A stretch of DNA of 64,000 nt from Bacilli bacterium (GCA_022791775.1 JAAVZT010000036.1:8335-72334); one strand, 5' to 3'. Positions 38,718-50,236 are shown, numbered from the stretch's first letter. Notes: a model not told the origin generated them from the sequence alone. A program made the numbers and translations.

Positions 38718-39347
38718 ATGGCAAAAGTAGAACTTAAAAATTTAAAAAATGAAAAAGTTAAAGATCTAAGCATTAGTGATTCTATTTGGAAAATTGAAAC
38801 GAATGACGATGCTTTAAAGAAAATGATTCGTTTACAACTTGCAGCAACCCGTCAAGGAACTGCTAAAACCAAAACAAGAAGTGAAGTTTCTGGTGGAGGA
38901 AAAAAACCTTGGAAACAAAAAGGGACTGGTCGCGCAAGACAGGGTTCAATTCGTGCAACGCAATGGCGTGGAGGCGGAATTGCAGGTGGTGTTGTACCAC
39001 GGGATTACACCTTTAAAATTAATAAAAAAGAACGAGTTTTAGCTTTAAAAAGTGCTTTAACAGATAAATTAAATACAAATTCATTACGTATATTTGAAAG
39101 TCTTGAATTACCAAGCTTAAAAACAAAAGAATTAAAGAAATTCATTGAAGAAGCAAGTTTAGAAGGTAAAGTATTATTTGTAAGTGCCAGTGATAATGAA
39201 AATTTATACATGGCTTCTCGTAATCTAGGTTACACATACGTGCTGTATATTGATGATGTTAATGTTTATGACATTGTTAATGCAGATACCCTAGTACTAG
39301 ATGAAGCGGCTCTAAACAAATTAGAGGAGGTGCTAAAGAATGCATAA
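38718..39347 (+). CDS. rplD: 50S ribosomal protein L4
   Basis: RQGTAKTKTRSEVSGGGKKPWKQKGTGRARQGS. Confidence 0.98.
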   Translation: MAKVELKNLKNEKVKDLSISDSIWKIETNDDALKKMIRLQLAATRQGTAKTKTRSEVSGGGKKPWKQKGTGRARQGSIRATQWRGGGIAGGVVPRDYTFKINKKERVLALKSALTDKLNTNSLRIFESLELPSLKTKELKKFIEEASLEGKVLFVSASDNENLYMASRNLGYTYVLYIDDVNVYDIVNADTLVLDEAALNKLEEVLKNA

Positions 39348-39612
39348 TCCAGATATAATTTTAGGACCAGTTATTACCGAAAAAAGTATGGCTGAAAAAG
39401 AAAAAGGTGTTTATACATTCAAAGTGGCAAAAAATGCTACAAAAACTCAAATTAAAAGTGAAATTGAAAATCATTTTGGCGTAAAGGTATCCAATGTAAA
39501 TACATTAAATACAAAAGCCAAAGATCGTCGTGTTGGAAGATACACAGGAAAAACAAAAACATATAAGAAAGCAATCGTAACCTTAAAAGAAGGTTCTACG
39601 ATCGAATTATAA
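39340..39612 (+). CDS. rplW: 50S ribosomal protein L23
   Basis: PVITEKS, YTFKV, KKAIVTL. Confidence 0.97.
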   Translation: MHNPDIILGPVITEKSMAEKEKGVYTFKVAKNATKTQIKSEIENHFGVKVSNVNTLNTKAKDRRVGRYTGKTKTYKKAIVTLKEGSTIEL

Positions 39613-39626
39613 GGGAGTGAGTAATA

Positions 39627-40457
39627 ATGGCAATTAAAAAATATAAACCAACGACGAATGGTCGTCGTGGAATGTCAACACTAGCAAATGAAGAATTAAC
39701 CAAAACTGCTCCTACCAAAAGTTTATTGAAAAAAGCTAGCAAAACAGGTGGAAGAAATAACCAAGGAAAAATGACTGTACGTCATATTGGTGGTGGATCA
39801 AAAAGAAAATACCGTGTTATTGATTTTAAACGAGATAAAGTTGGAATAACTGGACGAGTTGCTTCAATTGAATATGATCCAAATCGTAATGCAAACATTG
39901 CTTTAATTAATTATAAAGATGGTGAAAAAAGATATATTATTGCACCAAAAGATTTAAAAGTAGGAGCCATTATTGAAAATGGTGCCAATGCTGATATTAA
40001 AGTTGGAAATGCTCTTCCACTTATGAACATCCCAGTGGGAACTGTTGTTCATTGTATAGAAATGAAGCCTGGAAAAGGAGCGCAACTTTGTCGCTCAGCT
40101 GGATCTTCTGCCCAAATATTAGGCCGTGAAGACAAATATGTGTTAGTAAGACTTCAATCTGGAGAAACAAGAAAAATTCTTGGAACTTGTATAGCTACAA
40201 TTGGTGTGGTAGGAAATGAAGATTATGAATTAGTGAATCTTGGAAAAGCCGGACGTACTAGACATATGGGAATTCGTCCAACAAACCGTGGATCAGTAAT
40301 GAACCCAAATGACCATCCACACGGTGGTGGAGAAGGACGTACTCCAGTAGGACGCAAGAGCCCAATGACTCCTTGGGGTAAACCAGCACTTGGTTACAAA
40401 ACAAGAAAAAATAAAAAAGCTTCTGACAAACTTATTGTTAGTAGAAAGAAGAAATAG
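39627..40457 (+). CDS. rplB: 50S ribosomal protein L2
   Basis: [26 protein letters not shown]. Confidence 0.98.
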   Translation: MAIKKYKPTTNGRRGMSTLANEELTKTAPTKSLLKKASKTGGRNNQGKMTVRHIGGGSKRKYRVIDFKRDKVGITGRVASIEYDPNRNANIALINYKDGEKRYIIAPKDLKVGAIIENGANADIKVGNALPLMNIPVGTVVHCIEMKPGKGAQLCRSAGSSAQILGREDKYVLVRLQSGETRKILGTCIATIGVVGNEDYELVNLGKAGRTRHMGIRPTNRGSVMNPNDHPHGGGEGRTPVGRKSPMTPWGKPALGYKTRKNKKASDKLIVSRKKK

Positions 40458-40470
40458 GAGGTTTTAAAAT

Positions 40471-40734
40471 ATGGCTAGAAGTTTAAAAAAAGGACCTTAT
40501 GTATTCGATAGACTTTTAAACAGAGTTCAAGAATTAAATAAAAATAATAAAAAAGAAGTGATTAAGACTTGGTCACGTCGTTCAACCATTTATCCAGATT
40601 TTGTAGGACATACATTTGCTGTTCATAATGGAAAAGAATTTATTCCTGTTTATGTGACAGAAGAAATGGTAGGTCGCAAATTAGGTGAGTTTGCATTGAC
40701 TCGTAAGTTCGGCGGACATGCTGGTCAAAAGTAG
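40471..40734 (+). CDS. rpsS: 30S ribosomal protein S19
   Basis: [25 protein letters not shown]. Confidence 0.98.
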   Translation: MARSLKKGPYVFDRLLNRVQELNKNNKKEVIKTWSRRSTIYPDFVGHTFAVHNGKEFIPVYVTEEMVGRKLGEFALTRKFGGHAGQK

Positions 40735-40745
40735 GAGGTATATAG

Positions 40746-41099
40746 ATGAAAACTTATGCAATTCATAAAAGTGCTATGATAGCTCCAAGAAAAGCTAGAA
40801 TGACTCTTGACCTAATTCGTGGAAAAGATGTTTCTACAGCAGCAGCTATTTTAGATACAACAAATACAAAAGCGAGTCGTTTGATTCAAAAAGTATTAAA
40901 AAGCGCTATTGCCAACGCAGTAAATAACAATGGCGCACAAGAAACAGAATTATTTATTTCAACTTGTTACATTAATCCAGGACCAGTTTATAAAAGAATT
41001 AAATTTGCCAGTCGTGGAAATGTTGATAGAAGAGATAAAAGAACCAGCCACATTTATGTTGAAGTAAGTGATGGAAAAAGTGAAGGAGGCAACGAATAA
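40746..41099 (+). CDS. rplV: 50S ribosomal protein L22
   Basis: PRKARM..DLIRGK, SAIANA, KRTSHI; operon position. Confidence 0.95.
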   Translation: MKTYAIHKSAMIAPRKARMTLDLIRGKDVSTAAAILDTTNTKASRLIQKVLKSAIANAVNNNGAQETELFISTCYINPGPVYKRIKFASRGNVDRRDKRTSHIYVEVSDGKSEGGNE

Positions 41100-41779
41100 T
41101 GGGACAAAAAGTTAATCCAATTGGATACCGACTTGGTATCAATAAAGAATGGGATTCAAAATGGTATGCCAACAAAAAAGAATTTGGTTCAAAATTAATT
41201 CAAGATATTAAAATTCGTGAATATTTAGATAAAAATTTAAAAGATGCAGGAATTGCCTCTGTAACAATTGAACGAAAAAAAGAACGTACAGAAGTAAGTA
41301 TCTATACTGCGAAACCAGGAGTAATCATTGGCCGTGGTGGAGAAGATATTGAAAAATTACGTGCCTCTTTAAAAAAGGTTTCAGGATGCGATATTTATGT
41401 TTCCATAATTGAAGTAAAAAATGCAGATTTAAATGCAAAATTGGTAGCAAAAAATATTGCAGCTCAAATCGAAAATCGTGCTCCATTTAGAAGCGCACAA
41501 AAAAGAGCGATTAGAAACACTATGAAAGCGGGAGCAAAAGGAATTAAAACTTCTGTTTCAGGACGTCTTGGTGGTGCGGAAATGGCTCGTACAGAAGGAT
41601 ATACGGAAGGTACTGTACCTCTTCATACAATCCGTGCCGATATTGATTATGCAACGGCAGAAGCAAATACAACATACGGAAAAATCGGAGTAAAAGTATG
41701 GATCTATAAAGGTGAAATCCTTCCAAGTAAAAAAACTACGAAGGAGAGTGATGAGCATGTTAATGCCAAAAAGAACTAA
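41099..41779 (+). CDS. rpsC: 30S ribosomal protein S3
   Basis: [34 protein letters not shown]. Confidence 0.98.
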   Translation: MGQKVNPIGYRLGINKEWDSKWYANKKEFGSKLIQDIKIREYLDKNLKDAGIASVTIERKKERTEVSIYTAKPGVIIGRGGEDIEKLRASLKKVSGCDIYVSIIEVKNADLNAKLVAKNIAAQIENRAPFRSAQKRAIRNTMKAGAKGIKTSVSGRLGGAEMARTEGYTEGTVPLHTIRADIDYATAEANTTYGKIGVKVWIYKGEILPSKKTTKESDEHVNAKKN

Positions 41780-42194
41780 GTATAGAAAGCCTCATCGCTT
41801 AACTTATGACGGACATGCTAAAGGAAATACAGAATTACATTTTGGAGAATATGGTTTAATGGCTAAAGAAGGTAATTATGTAAGTGCTCGTCAAATAGAA
41901 GCTGCTCGTATTGCAATGACACGTTTTATGAAACGTGGCGGAAAAGTTTATATTAATATTTTCCCGCATTTAGCTCGTACAAAAAAACCGCTTGAAACTC
42001 GTCAAGGAAAAGGTAAAGGTAGCGTAGAAGAATGGGTTGCAGTTGTAAAAGAAGGAAAAATTATGTTTGAAATTTCTGGAGTTAGTGAAAGTATTGCAAG
42101 AGAAGCGTTAAGACTTGCCTCTCATAAACTTCCAATCAAATGTAAATTCGTAAAAAAAGACGACATGAATGGTGGTGATTCTCTTGAAAGCTAA
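41757..42194 (+). CDS. rplP: 50S ribosomal protein L16
   Basis: [25 protein letters not shown]; start 41757 by RBS spacing. Confidence 0.97.
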   Translation: MLMPKRTKYRKPHRLTYDGHAKGNTELHFGEYGLMAKEGNYVSARQIEAARIAMTRFMKRGGKVYINIFPHLARTKKPLETRQGKGKGSVEEWVAVVKEGKIMFEISGVSESIAREALRLASHKLPIKCKFVKKDDMNGGDSLES

Positions 42195-42396
42195 TGAAAT
42201 TAGAAAATTAACAAGAGAAGAAATCGAAAGTAAAATCAAAGATTCAAAAAGCGAATTACTTGATTTAAGAATGAAACAAGCTACAGGTGTATTAGAAAAC
42301 ACGGCAAAGATCGATTTAGTACGAAAAGATGTAGCTCGCATGATGACAGTTTTAAATGAAATGAAAAAAAGTGAACTTGAGGGAGGTAACAAATAA
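42184..42396 (+). CDS. rpmC: 50S ribosomal protein L29
   Basis: TTG start, [22 protein letters not shown]. Confidence 0.95.
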   Translation: MKANEIRKLTREEIESKIKDSKSELLDLRMKQATGVLENTAKIDLVRKDVARMMTVLNEMKKSELEGGNK

Positions 42397-42653
42397 TGGA
42401 ATCAAAAAGATCAGAATTAATTGGTAAAGTTGTTAGTGCCAAAAATGATAAAACCATTACTGTTTTAGTTGAAACCCACAAAAAACATCCCCTATATGGT
42501 AAAAGAGTAAAATATTCCAAGAAATATACTGCTCATGATGAAAAAAATATCGCAAAAGTTGGAGATACAGTAAAAATTAGAAGTACAAGACCATTATCTA
42601 AAACAAAAAGATATGAACTTGTAACCGTTCTAATTGAAGCTGTTATTCTATAG
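42396..42653 (+). CDS. rpsQ: 30S ribosomal protein S17
   Basis: [25 protein letters not shown]. Confidence 0.97.
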   Translation: MESKRSELIGKVVSAKNDKTITVLVETHKKHPLYGKRVKYSKKYTAHDEKNIAKVGDTVKIRSTRPLSKTKRYELVTVLIEAVIL

Positions 42654-42664
42654 GAGGTATTCTT

Positions 42665-43033
42665 ATGGTAATGCAAGAATCAAGACTTAAAGTTGCTGAT
42701 AATACAGGAGCTCGTGAAGTTTTAGTAATTAGATGTTTAGGTGGAAGTACTAGAAAAACTGCTAACATAGGTGATGTAGTAGTATGTACAGTAAAAAAAG
42801 CTATTCCAAATAGTAATATGAAAAAAGGAAAAGTTGTAAAGGCTGTAATCGTTAGAAGTGTAGAAGGCGTTAGAAGAAAAGACGGAAGTTATATCAAATT
42901 TGACGATAATGCGTGCGTTTTAATTAAAGATGATAAAACTCCAATTGGATCAAGAGTATTAGGACCTGTTGCAAGAGAATTACGTGAAAAAGAATTCATG
43001 AAAATTGTCTCTTTAGCATCAGAAGTTTTATAG
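42665..43033 (+). CDS. rplN: 50S ribosomal protein L14
   Basis: [22 protein letters not shown]. Confidence 0.98.
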   Translation: MVMQESRLKVADNTGAREVLVIRCLGGSTRKTANIGDVVVCTVKKAIPNSNMKKGKVVKAVIVRSVEGVRRKDGSYIKFDDNACVLIKDDKTPIGSRVLGPVARELREKEFMKIVSLASEVL

Positions 43034-43044
43034 GAGGATAATCT

Positions 43045-43305
43045 ATGAAAATAAGAGTAGGAGACAATGTTAAGATCTTAACTGGTAAAGATAAAGGGAA
43101 AACTGGAATGGTTACCAAAACTTTAAAAAAAGAAGATCGTGTTGTAGTGGAAGGAATTAATGTTGTAAAAAAACATATGAAACCAAACCAAATGAATCAA
43201 ACAGGTGGAATTGTAGAAATGAACGCCCCAATTCATGTATCTAACGTAAAAAAAATTGATGAAAGTACTTCAAAAAAAGAATCTAAGAAAGCAAAGAAAG
43301 ATTAG
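43045..43305 (+). CDS. rplX: 50S ribosomal protein L24
   Basis: [23 protein letters not shown]. Confidence 0.97.
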   Translation: MKIRVGDNVKILTGKDKGKTGMVTKTLKKEDRVVVEGINVVKKHMKPNQMNQTGGIVEMNAPIHVSNVKKIDESTSKKESKKAKKD

Positions 43306-43320
43306 TTAGTGGGTGATAAT

Positions 43321-43860
43321 ATGAGTAATTTAAGTAAACTATACAAAGAGAAAATCGTAAAAGATTTAATGAAAGACAACAACTATCAAACTGTAATGCA
43401 AGTCCCAAAACTAGAAAAAATTGTCATCAATATGGGAGTCGGAGAAGGTGCAAGAGACGATAAATTTATTGAAGCAGCTTTAAAAGACTTAGAAATAATC
43501 ACAGGTCAAAAAGCGGTTGTAACCAAAGCTCGTAAATCAATAGCAGGCTTTAAACTAAGAGAAGGTCAAACAATTGGAGCAAAAGTTACTCTTCGTGGTG
43601 AAAAAATGTATTATTTCTTAGAAAAATTAATTCATGTTGCTCTTCCACGAGTAAGAGATTTTAGAGGGATTTCCAAAAATTCTTTTGATGGACATGGAAA
43701 TTATACATTGGGAATTAAAGAACAACTTATTTTTCCAGAAATTGAATATGATAATGTATTAAAAATAAGAGGTATGGACATTGTATTAGTTACAACTGCC
43801 AATACGAATGAAGAAGCAGAAAAATTATTAAGTGCATTTAAAATGCCATTTAGAAATTAG
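43321..43860 (+). CDS. rplE: 50S ribosomal protein L5
   Basis: [25 protein letters not shown]. Confidence 0.98.
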   Translation: MSNLSKLYKEKIVKDLMKDNNYQTVMQVPKLEKIVINMGVGEGARDDKFIEAALKDLEIITGQKAVVTKARKSIAGFKLREGQTIGAKVTLRGEKMYYFLEKLIHVALPRVRDFRGISKNSFDGHGNYTLGIKEQLIFPEIEYDNVLKIRGMDIVLVTTANTNEEAEKLLSAFKMPFRN

Positions 43861-43874
43861 GGAGGACAAAAAAC

Positions 43875-44060
43875 ATGGCAAAAACAAGTTTAAAAGTAAA
43901 ACAACAAAGAACTCCGAAATTCCAATCACGTGCTTATACTCGGTGTGAAAGATGCGGAAGACCTCATGGTGTCCTTCGTAAATACAAATTATGTCGTATT
44001 TGCTTCCGTGAATTAGCAAATAAAGGACAAATCCCTGGCATGAAAAAAGCTAGTTGGTAG
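43875..44060 (+). CDS. rpsZ: 30S ribosomal protein S14, zinc-binding type Z
   Basis: CERCGR...CRICFRE four-Cys motif, 61 aa. Confidence 0.97.
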   Translation: MAKTSLKVKQQRTPKFQSRAYTRCERCGRPHGVLRKYKLCRICFRELANKGQIPGMKKASW

Positions 44061-44077
44061 GAAAGGAGGAATTTAAT

Positions 44078-44473
44078 ATGGTAGCAGATAAAATTGCAGA
44101 TATGCTTACGCGTATTCGTAATGCAAATCAATTAAAATATGATACAGTTGAAGTTATTGGAACAAAAATGACTTTGGGAATAGCTGAAATCATGAAAAAA
44201 GAAGGTTATATTAGTGATTATTCTTATGAAAAAAGTCCAAAAGGAGATAAGCTAACATTAACTTTAAAATATGGAGAAAAGAAAGAACGTGTTATTACTG
44301 GTTTAAAAAGAATCAGCAAATCAGGATTACGTGTTTATGCAGCGTGTGATGAAATTCCTCGTGTACTAAATGGGCTAGGAATTGCAATCATTTCAACTTC
44401 AAAAGGATTAATGACAGATAAAGAAGCGAGAAAAGAGAAGTTAGGAGGCGAAGTACTTGCCTACATCTGGTAA
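44078..44473 (+). CDS. rpsH: 30S ribosomal protein S8
   Basis: [26 protein letters not shown]. Confidence 0.98.
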   Translation: MVADKIADMLTRIRNANQLKYDTVEVIGTKMTLGIAEIMKKEGYISDYSYEKSPKGDKLTLTLKYGEKKERVITGLKRISKSGLRVYAACDEIPRVLNGLGIAIISTSKGLMTDKEARKEKLGGEVLAYIW

Positions 44474-44482
44474 GGAAAATCT

Positions 44483-45022
44483 ATGAGTAGAATCGGAAGA
44501 AGAAAACTTATTATTCCAGATGCTGTTACGGTTGAATTAAGCGAAAATATTTTAACTGTAAAAAGTGCAAAAGGAACTCTTAATTTAGATATTGATCCAC
44601 TAGTAAGTGTTAAAGTAGAAGATAATGCAGTAACAACTGAAGTAATAAAAGAAACTCCAAGAGCAAACGTAGTAGTAGGAACAATGAATGCTTTAATTAA
44701 AAATATGCTAATTGGAGTAAGTGAAGGATATACCAAAAATTTAGAAATTGTTGGAGTTGGATATCGTTTTAATGTTCAAGGAAACAAAATTATGATAAAT
44801 GCAGGATTCTCGCATCCTGTAGAAAGAGTATGTCCAGAAGGTGTTTCTGTAGAACTCGTAAATGCCAATGAGATTTCATTAAGTGGAATTGATAAACAAA
44901 AAGTGACTGAATTTGCGGCTAAAATTCGTGATATAAGAAGTCCTGAACCATATAAAGGAAAAGGAATTCGTTATAAAGGCGAACATATTAGACGTAAAGA
45001 AGGAAAGAAAGCTGCGAAGTAG
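44483..45022 (+). CDS. rplF: 50S ribosomal protein L6
   Basis: [21 protein letters not shown]. Confidence 0.98.
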   Translation: MSRIGRRKLIIPDAVTVELSENILTVKSAKGTLNLDIDPLVSVKVEDNAVTTEVIKETPRANVVVGTMNALIKNMLIGVSEGYTKNLEIVGVGYRFNVQGNKIMINAGFSHPVERVCPEGVSVELVNANEISLSGIDKQKVTEFAAKIRDIRSPEPYKGKGIRYKGEHIRRKEGKKAAK

Positions 45023-45032
45023 GAGGGTAATT

Positions 45033-45389
45033 ATGATAAAGAAAGAATCAAGTAATGATTTAAGACTAAGACGTCATGCACGAATTAGAAAAAATATTTC
45101 TGGCGACTCTGAAATGCCAAGACTAAATGTATTTCGTTCCAATAAAGAAATTTATGTTCAAGTAATTGATGATGAAGCCGGCAAGACTTTAGCAAGTTCT
45201 TCAAGTGTTGCCCTTAAAATTAAAAATGGCGGCAATAAAGAAGGTGCAAAATTAGTAGGCAAGGATATTGCTGAAAAATGCAAAAAATTAAAAATTACAA
45301 AAGTCGTTTTTGATAGAGGTGGATACCTTTACCATGGTCGTGTAGAAAGCTTAGCAAATGCTGCACGTGAAAACGGTCTAGAATTTTAA
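45033..45389 (+). CDS. rplR: 50S ribosomal protein L18
   Basis: [30 protein letters not shown]. Confidence 0.98.
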   Translation: MIKKESSNDLRLRRHARIRKNISGDSEMPRLNVFRSNKEIYVQVIDDEAGKTLASSSSVALKIKNGGNKEGAKLVGKDIAEKCKKLKITKVVFDRGGYLYHGRVESLANAARENGLEF

Positions 45390-45400
45390 GGAGGAAAGTT

Positions 45401-45904
45401 ATGCCAAAACAGTTTACAGATGCAAAAAAGAAATTACTTGAAGAAAAAGTTATTTCCGTTGGTCGAGTTACAAAAGTTACAAAAGGTGGAAGACATTTCC
45501 GTTTTTCTGCAACCGTTGTTGTAGGAAATCGTCGTGGCCTTGTTGGACTTGGTAATGGAAAAGCAAACGAAGTACAAGAAGCAATTGCCAAAGCAACTCA
45601 AGCAGCTAATAAAAATGTAGTTCGTGTTGCAATCGTAGATAATCGTACTATTCCACATGAAGCAACTGGAAAAGTTGGACGTGCAGTTGTGCTAGTAAAA
45701 CCTGCCAAAGAAGGTACTGGAGTAATTGCTGGTGGAGCAGCTCGTGCAGTTTTAGAACTTGCAGGAGTTAAAGATATTGTTTCCAAATCACTTGGATCAA
45801 ATACACAAGTAAATGTTGCGAAAGCAACATTAGAAGCTCTAAAATCAGTTCGAACACCTGCTAAAATCGCTGCATTACGTGGTTTGAAAGTTGAGGAGTT
45901 ATAA
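45401..45904 (+). CDS. rpsE: 30S ribosomal protein S5
   Basis: [22 protein letters not shown]. Confidence 0.98.
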   Translation: MPKQFTDAKKKLLEEKVISVGRVTKVTKGGRHFRFSATVVVGNRRGLVGLGNGKANEVQEAIAKATQAANKNVVRVAIVDNRTIPHEATGKVGRAVVLVKPAKEGTGVIAGGAARAVLELAGVKDIVSKSLGSNTQVNVAKATLEALKSVRTPAKIAALRGLKVEEL

Positions 45905-45905
45905 T

Positions 45906-46349
45906 ATGAAATTAGAAAGTTTACCAAAAACGAAAGAACAAAAGAAAAGAAAAATTGTTGGTCGTGGTCCAGGCTCTGGAATGGGTAAAACTTCGACACG
46001 TGGAGAAAAAGGTCAAAAAGCTAGAAGTGGTGCGAGCATTAGTCCATGGTTTCAAGGTGGACAATCTCCTTTATATCGAAGATTACCAAAAAGAGGATTT
46101 AATAATGCTCGTTTTAGAACGGAATATGCAACCATCAATTTAAGTGATTTAAATAAATTTTTTAATGATGGCGATATAGTTTCTCCAGAAATCTTAAAAG
46201 AAAGAGGAATTATCAAAAAAGAACTTAGTGGAATTAAAGTGTTAGCAAGTGGTGTATTAGAAAAAAAATTGACTGTAAAAGCACAAAGATTCTCTAGTGC
46301 TGCTGTAACTAAAATTGAAGCTGCTGGTGGTAAAACTGAGGTGATCTAA
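45906..46349 (+). CDS. rplO: 50S ribosomal protein L15
   Basis: [34 protein letters not shown]; ATG 45906 directly after rpsE. Confidence 0.97.
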   Translation: MKLESLPKTKEQKKRKIVGRGPGSGMGKTSTRGEKGQKARSGASISPWFQGGQSPLYRRLPKRGFNNARFRTEYATINLSDLNKFFNDGDIVSPEILKERGIIKKELSGIKVLASGVLEKKLTVKAQRFSSAAVTKIEAAGGKTEVI

Positions 46350-46350
46350 G

Positions 46351-47622
46351 ATGACACAAGGGATTACCAAATTATTTGCAAAAGAAAATAAAGATTTACG
46401 AAAAAGACTTTATTTTACTCTTTTTGCTTTAGGTATTTTCTGTCTAGGAACGAGTATCACCATATCTTGGGCGATTCCATGGGTAAATACCATGTACAAA
46501 GAACTAGGATTTTTAGAAATCTTCAATTTAATGAGTGGTGGTGGATTAAAAAGTTTTTCCATCTTTGCTCTAGGAGTTAGTCCATATATTACAGCGTCCA
46601 TCATTACACAATTGTTACAAATGGATATTATTCCATATTTTAAAGAACTAAAAGAACAAGGGTATGTTGGAAGACAAAAAATAAATCGTATTACAAGATA
46701 TTTAGGAATAATGCTTGCATTTATTCAAAGTTATGCTATCACAGTATTTTATTTGAACATTTCAGACGCAACTACAATTCTAAAAATATCACTTGTAATG
46801 ACTGCTGGAACTTCCTTTTTATTGTGGCTTGGAGATCAAATTACTAATAAAGGAATAGGTAATGGACAAAGTCTATTAATTATGGCTGGTATTTTGTTGA
46901 GTTTGCCAAGCATTTTTATGGGAGCTTATACAACATTTATAAATGGAGCATTTTCGCTTCCATTTGGAATATTTTTATTCCTGCTTTTTATCCTAATATA
47001 TATTTTGGTAATTGTTGGAATTATATGGGTAACCCTAGCTGAACGTAGAATACCCATTCAATATTCGAATCGTACAGCAAGTGCGTACGGCCAAAAAGAG
47101 AGTTATCTACCAATCAAAATCAATTCAGCTGGAGTGATTCCCGTTATCTTTGCCTCTATGTTTTTAACTATTCCATCTGTAATTGCTTCTTTAATAAAAA
47201 GTGAAGCGGCTATTAATTTTATTAATAAATATATTTTATATACAACTCCAAGTGGATTTGTCCTTTATGTATTATTAATTTTCTTTTTCGGATATTTCTA
47301 TACATTTATGGTTATGAATCCAGAGGAAATGAGTAAAGATTTAAATAGTAGAGGAGCTTATATTCCTGGAGTAAGACCAGGCGTAGAAACCTCAAAATAT
47401 ATTAGTAAAACGATTGGGCGACTTACTGCAGTAGGATCATTATTCCTTTGTATTTTAGCTGGAATGCCAGTTTTAATGTCATCTCTAGCAAAACTACCAA
47501 GTTCTGTTTCAATAGGAGGAACTGGAATCTTAATTGTAGTAGGAGTAGCAATTGAGACTTATAAACAAATTGAAAGCGGCTTAGTAAGCAGAAGCTATCA
47601 AAAAAGAAGGGCGAAAAAGTGA
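46351..47622 (+). CDS. secY: Preprotein translocase subunit SecY
   Basis: SIFALGVSPYITASII, GIGNG.S, AGVIPVIFA, IPGVRPG, GGTGILIVVGV. Confidence 0.97.
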   Translation: MTQGITKLFAKENKDLRKRLYFTLFALGIFCLGTSITISWAIPWVNTMYKELGFLEIFNLMSGGGLKSFSIFALGVSPYITASIITQLLQMDIIPYFKELKEQGYVGRQKINRITRYLGIMLAFIQSYAITVFYLNISDATTILKISLVMTAGTSFLLWLGDQITNKGIGNGQSLLIMAGILLSLPSIFMGAYTTFINGAFSLPFGIFLFLLFILIYILVIVGIIWVTLAERRIPIQYSNRTASAYGQKESYLPIKINSAGVIPVIFASMFLTIPSVIASLIKSEAAINFINKYILYTTPSGFVLYVLLIFFFGYFYTFMVMNPEEMSKDLNSRGAYIPGVRPGVETSKYISKTIGRLTAVGSLFLCILAGMPVLMSSLAKLPSSVSIGGTGILIVVGVAIETYKQIESGLVSRSYQKRRAKK

Positions 47623-48284
47623 AGAATGTGATCTTCATTGCGCCCCCTGCTGCTGGCAAGGGAGCGTTAAGTGATTACTTAATTAGCAAATATGGTTATA
47701 CACATATTTCATCTGGTGAATTATTCCGTGACAAAATAAACCTTCATAGTGAGGAAGGAAAAAAAATCGAACAAATTTTAAAATCTGGTAATTTAGTGGA
47801 TGATAAAACAACATTTCAGATATTAAAAGAGAAATTAACTACTTTAAAAAAAGAGGAAAAATTCATTTTAGATGGAGTTCCGAGAACCTTGCAACAAGCA
47901 AACAATCTTGATATAATACTACATGATTTAAATTTTTCGGATTATGTTGTAATTTATGTGCAAGTAGAAGAAGAGATTCTAAAAAAAAGAATGTTGGGTC
48001 GAAGAATTTGCAAGAATTGTAAAAAAACATATAATCTACATTTTGAAAAATTTAAACCTCTTCAAAAAGATATTTGTGATAACTGTGGGGAAAAATTAAT
48101 AAATCGTGTAGATGATAATGAAGAATCTTTTCAAAAGCGTTATCGTATTTTTTTGAAAAATAACGAATCGATATTAGATTATTATAAAACAAAGAATAAA
48201 TTAGTATTGCTAACAAATAATCAAGAACAAAATGAGGATTCATTAAAAGAACTGCAAAGAATTGTAGGTGCTATTGTTGATTAA
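47619..48284 (+). CDS. adk: Adenylate kinase (zinc-lid type)
   Basis: AGKG P-loop, HISSGELFR, LDGVPRT, CKNC...CDNC lid. Confidence 0.95.
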   Translation: MKNVIFIAPPAAGKGALSDYLISKYGYTHISSGELFRDKINLHSEEGKKIEQILKSGNLVDDKTTFQILKEKLTTLKKEEKFILDGVPRTLQQANNLDIILHDLNFSDYVVIYVQVEEEILKKRMLGRRICKNCKKTYNLHFEKFKPLQKDICDNCGEKLINRVDDNEESFQKRYRIFLKNNESILDYYKTKNKLVLLTNNQEQNEDSLKELQRIVGAIVD

Positions 48285-49023
48285 TATAAAGAGTGAACGA
48301 GAAATCGAATTAATGAGACAAGCTGGACACTTAAATTATTTAACGCATGAGGAAATAAAAAAGAATTTACGTCCAGGAATCACAACCAAGCAAATTGATA
48401 AAATTGCTCATGATTATATTATTAAAAATGGAGGGATTCCGTCCTGTTTAGGATTTGAAGGATTTCCTGCCAGTATTTGTATTTCAATTAATGATGAAGT
48501 AGTCCATGGTATTCCAAAAAACCGAAAAATAAAAAATGGGGATATTGTATCTATCGATTTTACAGTTCGTTTAAACGGCTATGAATCAGATTCTGCTAGA
48601 ACCTATATTATTGGTTCAGTATCACAAGAAATTGAAGATTTAGTAAAACATACAGAAGAAGCACTTTATAAAGGAATTAAGGAAGTAAGACCTGGTGTTC
48701 GAATCGGTAACATTTCAAATGCTATTGAAACTTATGCCAAAGCCCATCATTTATCTGTAGTAGAAGAATTAGTAGGACATGGAATTGGGACTAACATGCA
48801 TGAGGATCCCGATGTTCCTAATTATGGAAAAAAAGCCCAAGGTCCCTTATTAAAAGAAGGAATGGTAATTGCGATTGAACCAATGTTAAACCTTGGAAAA
48901 AGAAATGTTTGTATGTTAGAAGATAATTGGACCATTGTCACAGAAGATAGTAGTCCATCAGCACATTTTGAACACACCGTAGCAGTAACCAAAGACGGTT
49001 ATAAAATATTGACAGGAGAATAA
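48277..49023 (+). CDS. map: Methionine aminopeptidase type I
   Basis: SINDEVVHGIP, GHGIG, HEDP, IEPM, SAHFEHT; TTG 48277 after AGGTG. Confidence 0.97.
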   Translation: MINIKSEREIELMRQAGHLNYLTHEEIKKNLRPGITTKQIDKIAHDYIIKNGGIPSCLGFEGFPASICISINDEVVHGIPKNRKIKNGDIVSIDFTVRLNGYESDSARTYIIGSVSQEIEDLVKHTEEALYKGIKEVRPGVRIGNISNAIETYAKAHHLSVVEELVGHGIGTNMHEDPDVPNYGKKAQGPLLKEGMVIAIEPMLNLGKRNVCMLEDNWTIVTEDSSPSAHFEHTVAVTKDGYKILTGE

Positions 49024-49026
49024 AAT

Positions 49027-49308
49027 ATGGCGAAAAAAAATTATAAAAAAAATATCCGTGACGGAAAAGAAAATAAAAATGTTTCATCCATCGTAAAAGA
49101 AGATAAAATTGAAGTGGAAGGAAAAGTAATTGAAGTGATTAAAGGTGGAGATTACTTGGTAAGTCTTCCAAATGGCCATACTGTAGAAGCCTACGTTTCT
49201 GGTAAAATGCGAGTACATATGATTCGTATCTTACCAGGTGATACAGTAACAATTGAGCTTTCGCCTTATGATTTAACACGTGGGCGTATAACATGGAACA
49301 AAAGATAA
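49027..49308 (+). CDS. infA: Translation initiation factor IF-1 with about 21 extra N-terminal residues
   Basis: [34 protein letters not shown]. Confidence 0.95.
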   Translation: MAKKNYKKNIRDGKENKNVSSIVKEDKIEVEGKVIEVIKGGDYLVSLPNGHTVEAYVSGKMRVHMIRILPGDTVTIELSPYDLTRGRITWNKR

Positions 49309-49320
49309 TGGAGGTAAATT

Positions 49321-49437
49321 ATGAAAAGAAGACCATCAGTGAAAAAAATTTGTAAAAAATGTAAAACAATTAGAAGAAATGGAAAAGTTATGGTAATTTG
49401 TGAAAATCCAAAACACAAACAAACCCAAGGAAAATAG
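49321..49437 (+). CDS. rpmJ: 50S ribosomal protein L36 (38 aa, not in ORF track)
   Basis: Hand-translated [38 protein letters not shown]; GGAGGT RBS; C-C-C-H zinc ligands. Confidence 0.97.
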   Translation: MKRRPSVKKICKKCKTIRRNGKVMVICENPKHKQTQGK

Positions 49438-49446
49438 GAGGATAAT

Positions 49447-49821
49447 ATGGCAAGAATTAAAAATATTGAACTACCAAATGAAAAACATACTTGTATTGGA
49501 TTAACAGCTATCTACGGGATAGGAAGAAACCTTGCAAATCAAATTTGTGATGATGCAAAAGTAGAACGTACAAAAAAAATAAAAGATTTAACAGAAGATG
49601 AAATTTCAGCACTTCGTAAAGAAATTGAAAAATATGATGTTGAAGGAGATCTTCGTAGAGATGTTCAAATGAGCATTAAAAATAAAATGGAAATCAACTG
49701 CTATCAAGGAATAAGACATAAAAAAGGACTTCCAGTAAGAGGCCAAAGAACAAGCAGAAATGCCCGTACTCGTAAGGGTAAAGGTAAAGTAGTTGCAAAT
49801 AAGAAAAAAGTAGGTAAATAA
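49447..49821 (+). CDS. rpsM: 30S ribosomal protein S13
   Basis: [24 protein letters not shown]. Confidence 0.98.
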   Translation: MARIKNIELPNEKHTCIGLTAIYGIGRNLANQICDDAKVERTKKIKDLTEDEISALRKEIEKYDVEGDLRRDVQMSIKNKMEINCYQGIRHKKGLPVRGQRTSRNARTRKGKGKVVANKKKVGK

Positions 49822-49833
49822 GGAGGTTAAATT

Positions 49834-50217
49834 ATGGCATATAATAGAAGAAAAAGAAAAGTTAAAAAGAATATTCCAGAAGCAGTGGCACATATTAATT
49901 CTACATACAACAACACAATTGTAACAATTTCTGACCAAGATGGAAATGTAATTAGTTGGGCATCTGCTGGAACAATTGGTTATAAAGGTTCAAAAAAGAA
50001 GACTCCATTTGCAGCAGGAATGAGTGCAGAAGCAGCTGCTAAATCAGCTATGGATGCTGGAGTAAAAAAAGTTGAAGTTCACGTGAAGGGATTAGGAAGC
50101 GGACGAGAAAATGCGATTCGATCTCTACAAGCAGCTGGATTAGAAATTACAAGTATCATTGATGAAACACCTATTCCACATAATGGATGTCGTCCACCAA
50201 AAAGACCAAGAAATTAA
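49834..50217 (+). CDS. rpsK: 30S ribosomal protein S11
   Basis: [26 protein letters not shown]. Confidence 0.98.
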   Translation: MAYNRRKRKVKKNIPEAVAHINSTYNNTIVTISDQDGNVISWASAGTIGYKGSKKKTPFAAGMSAEAAAKSAMDAGVKKVEVHVKGLGSGRENAIRSLQAAGLEITSIIDETPIPHNGCRPPKRPRN

Positions 50218-50236
50218 TGAGGAAGGGGATTTATAA

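Noticed and set aside
45359-45374. parS-like TGCTGCACGTGAAAAC in rplR
   Set aside because: 13 of 16 match with a broken right arm; explained by the conserved AARENG codons
50075-50090. parS-like palindrome TTCACGTGAA in rpsK
   Set aside because: Only 10 of 16 positions match TGTTNCACGTGAAACA and the flanks are wrong
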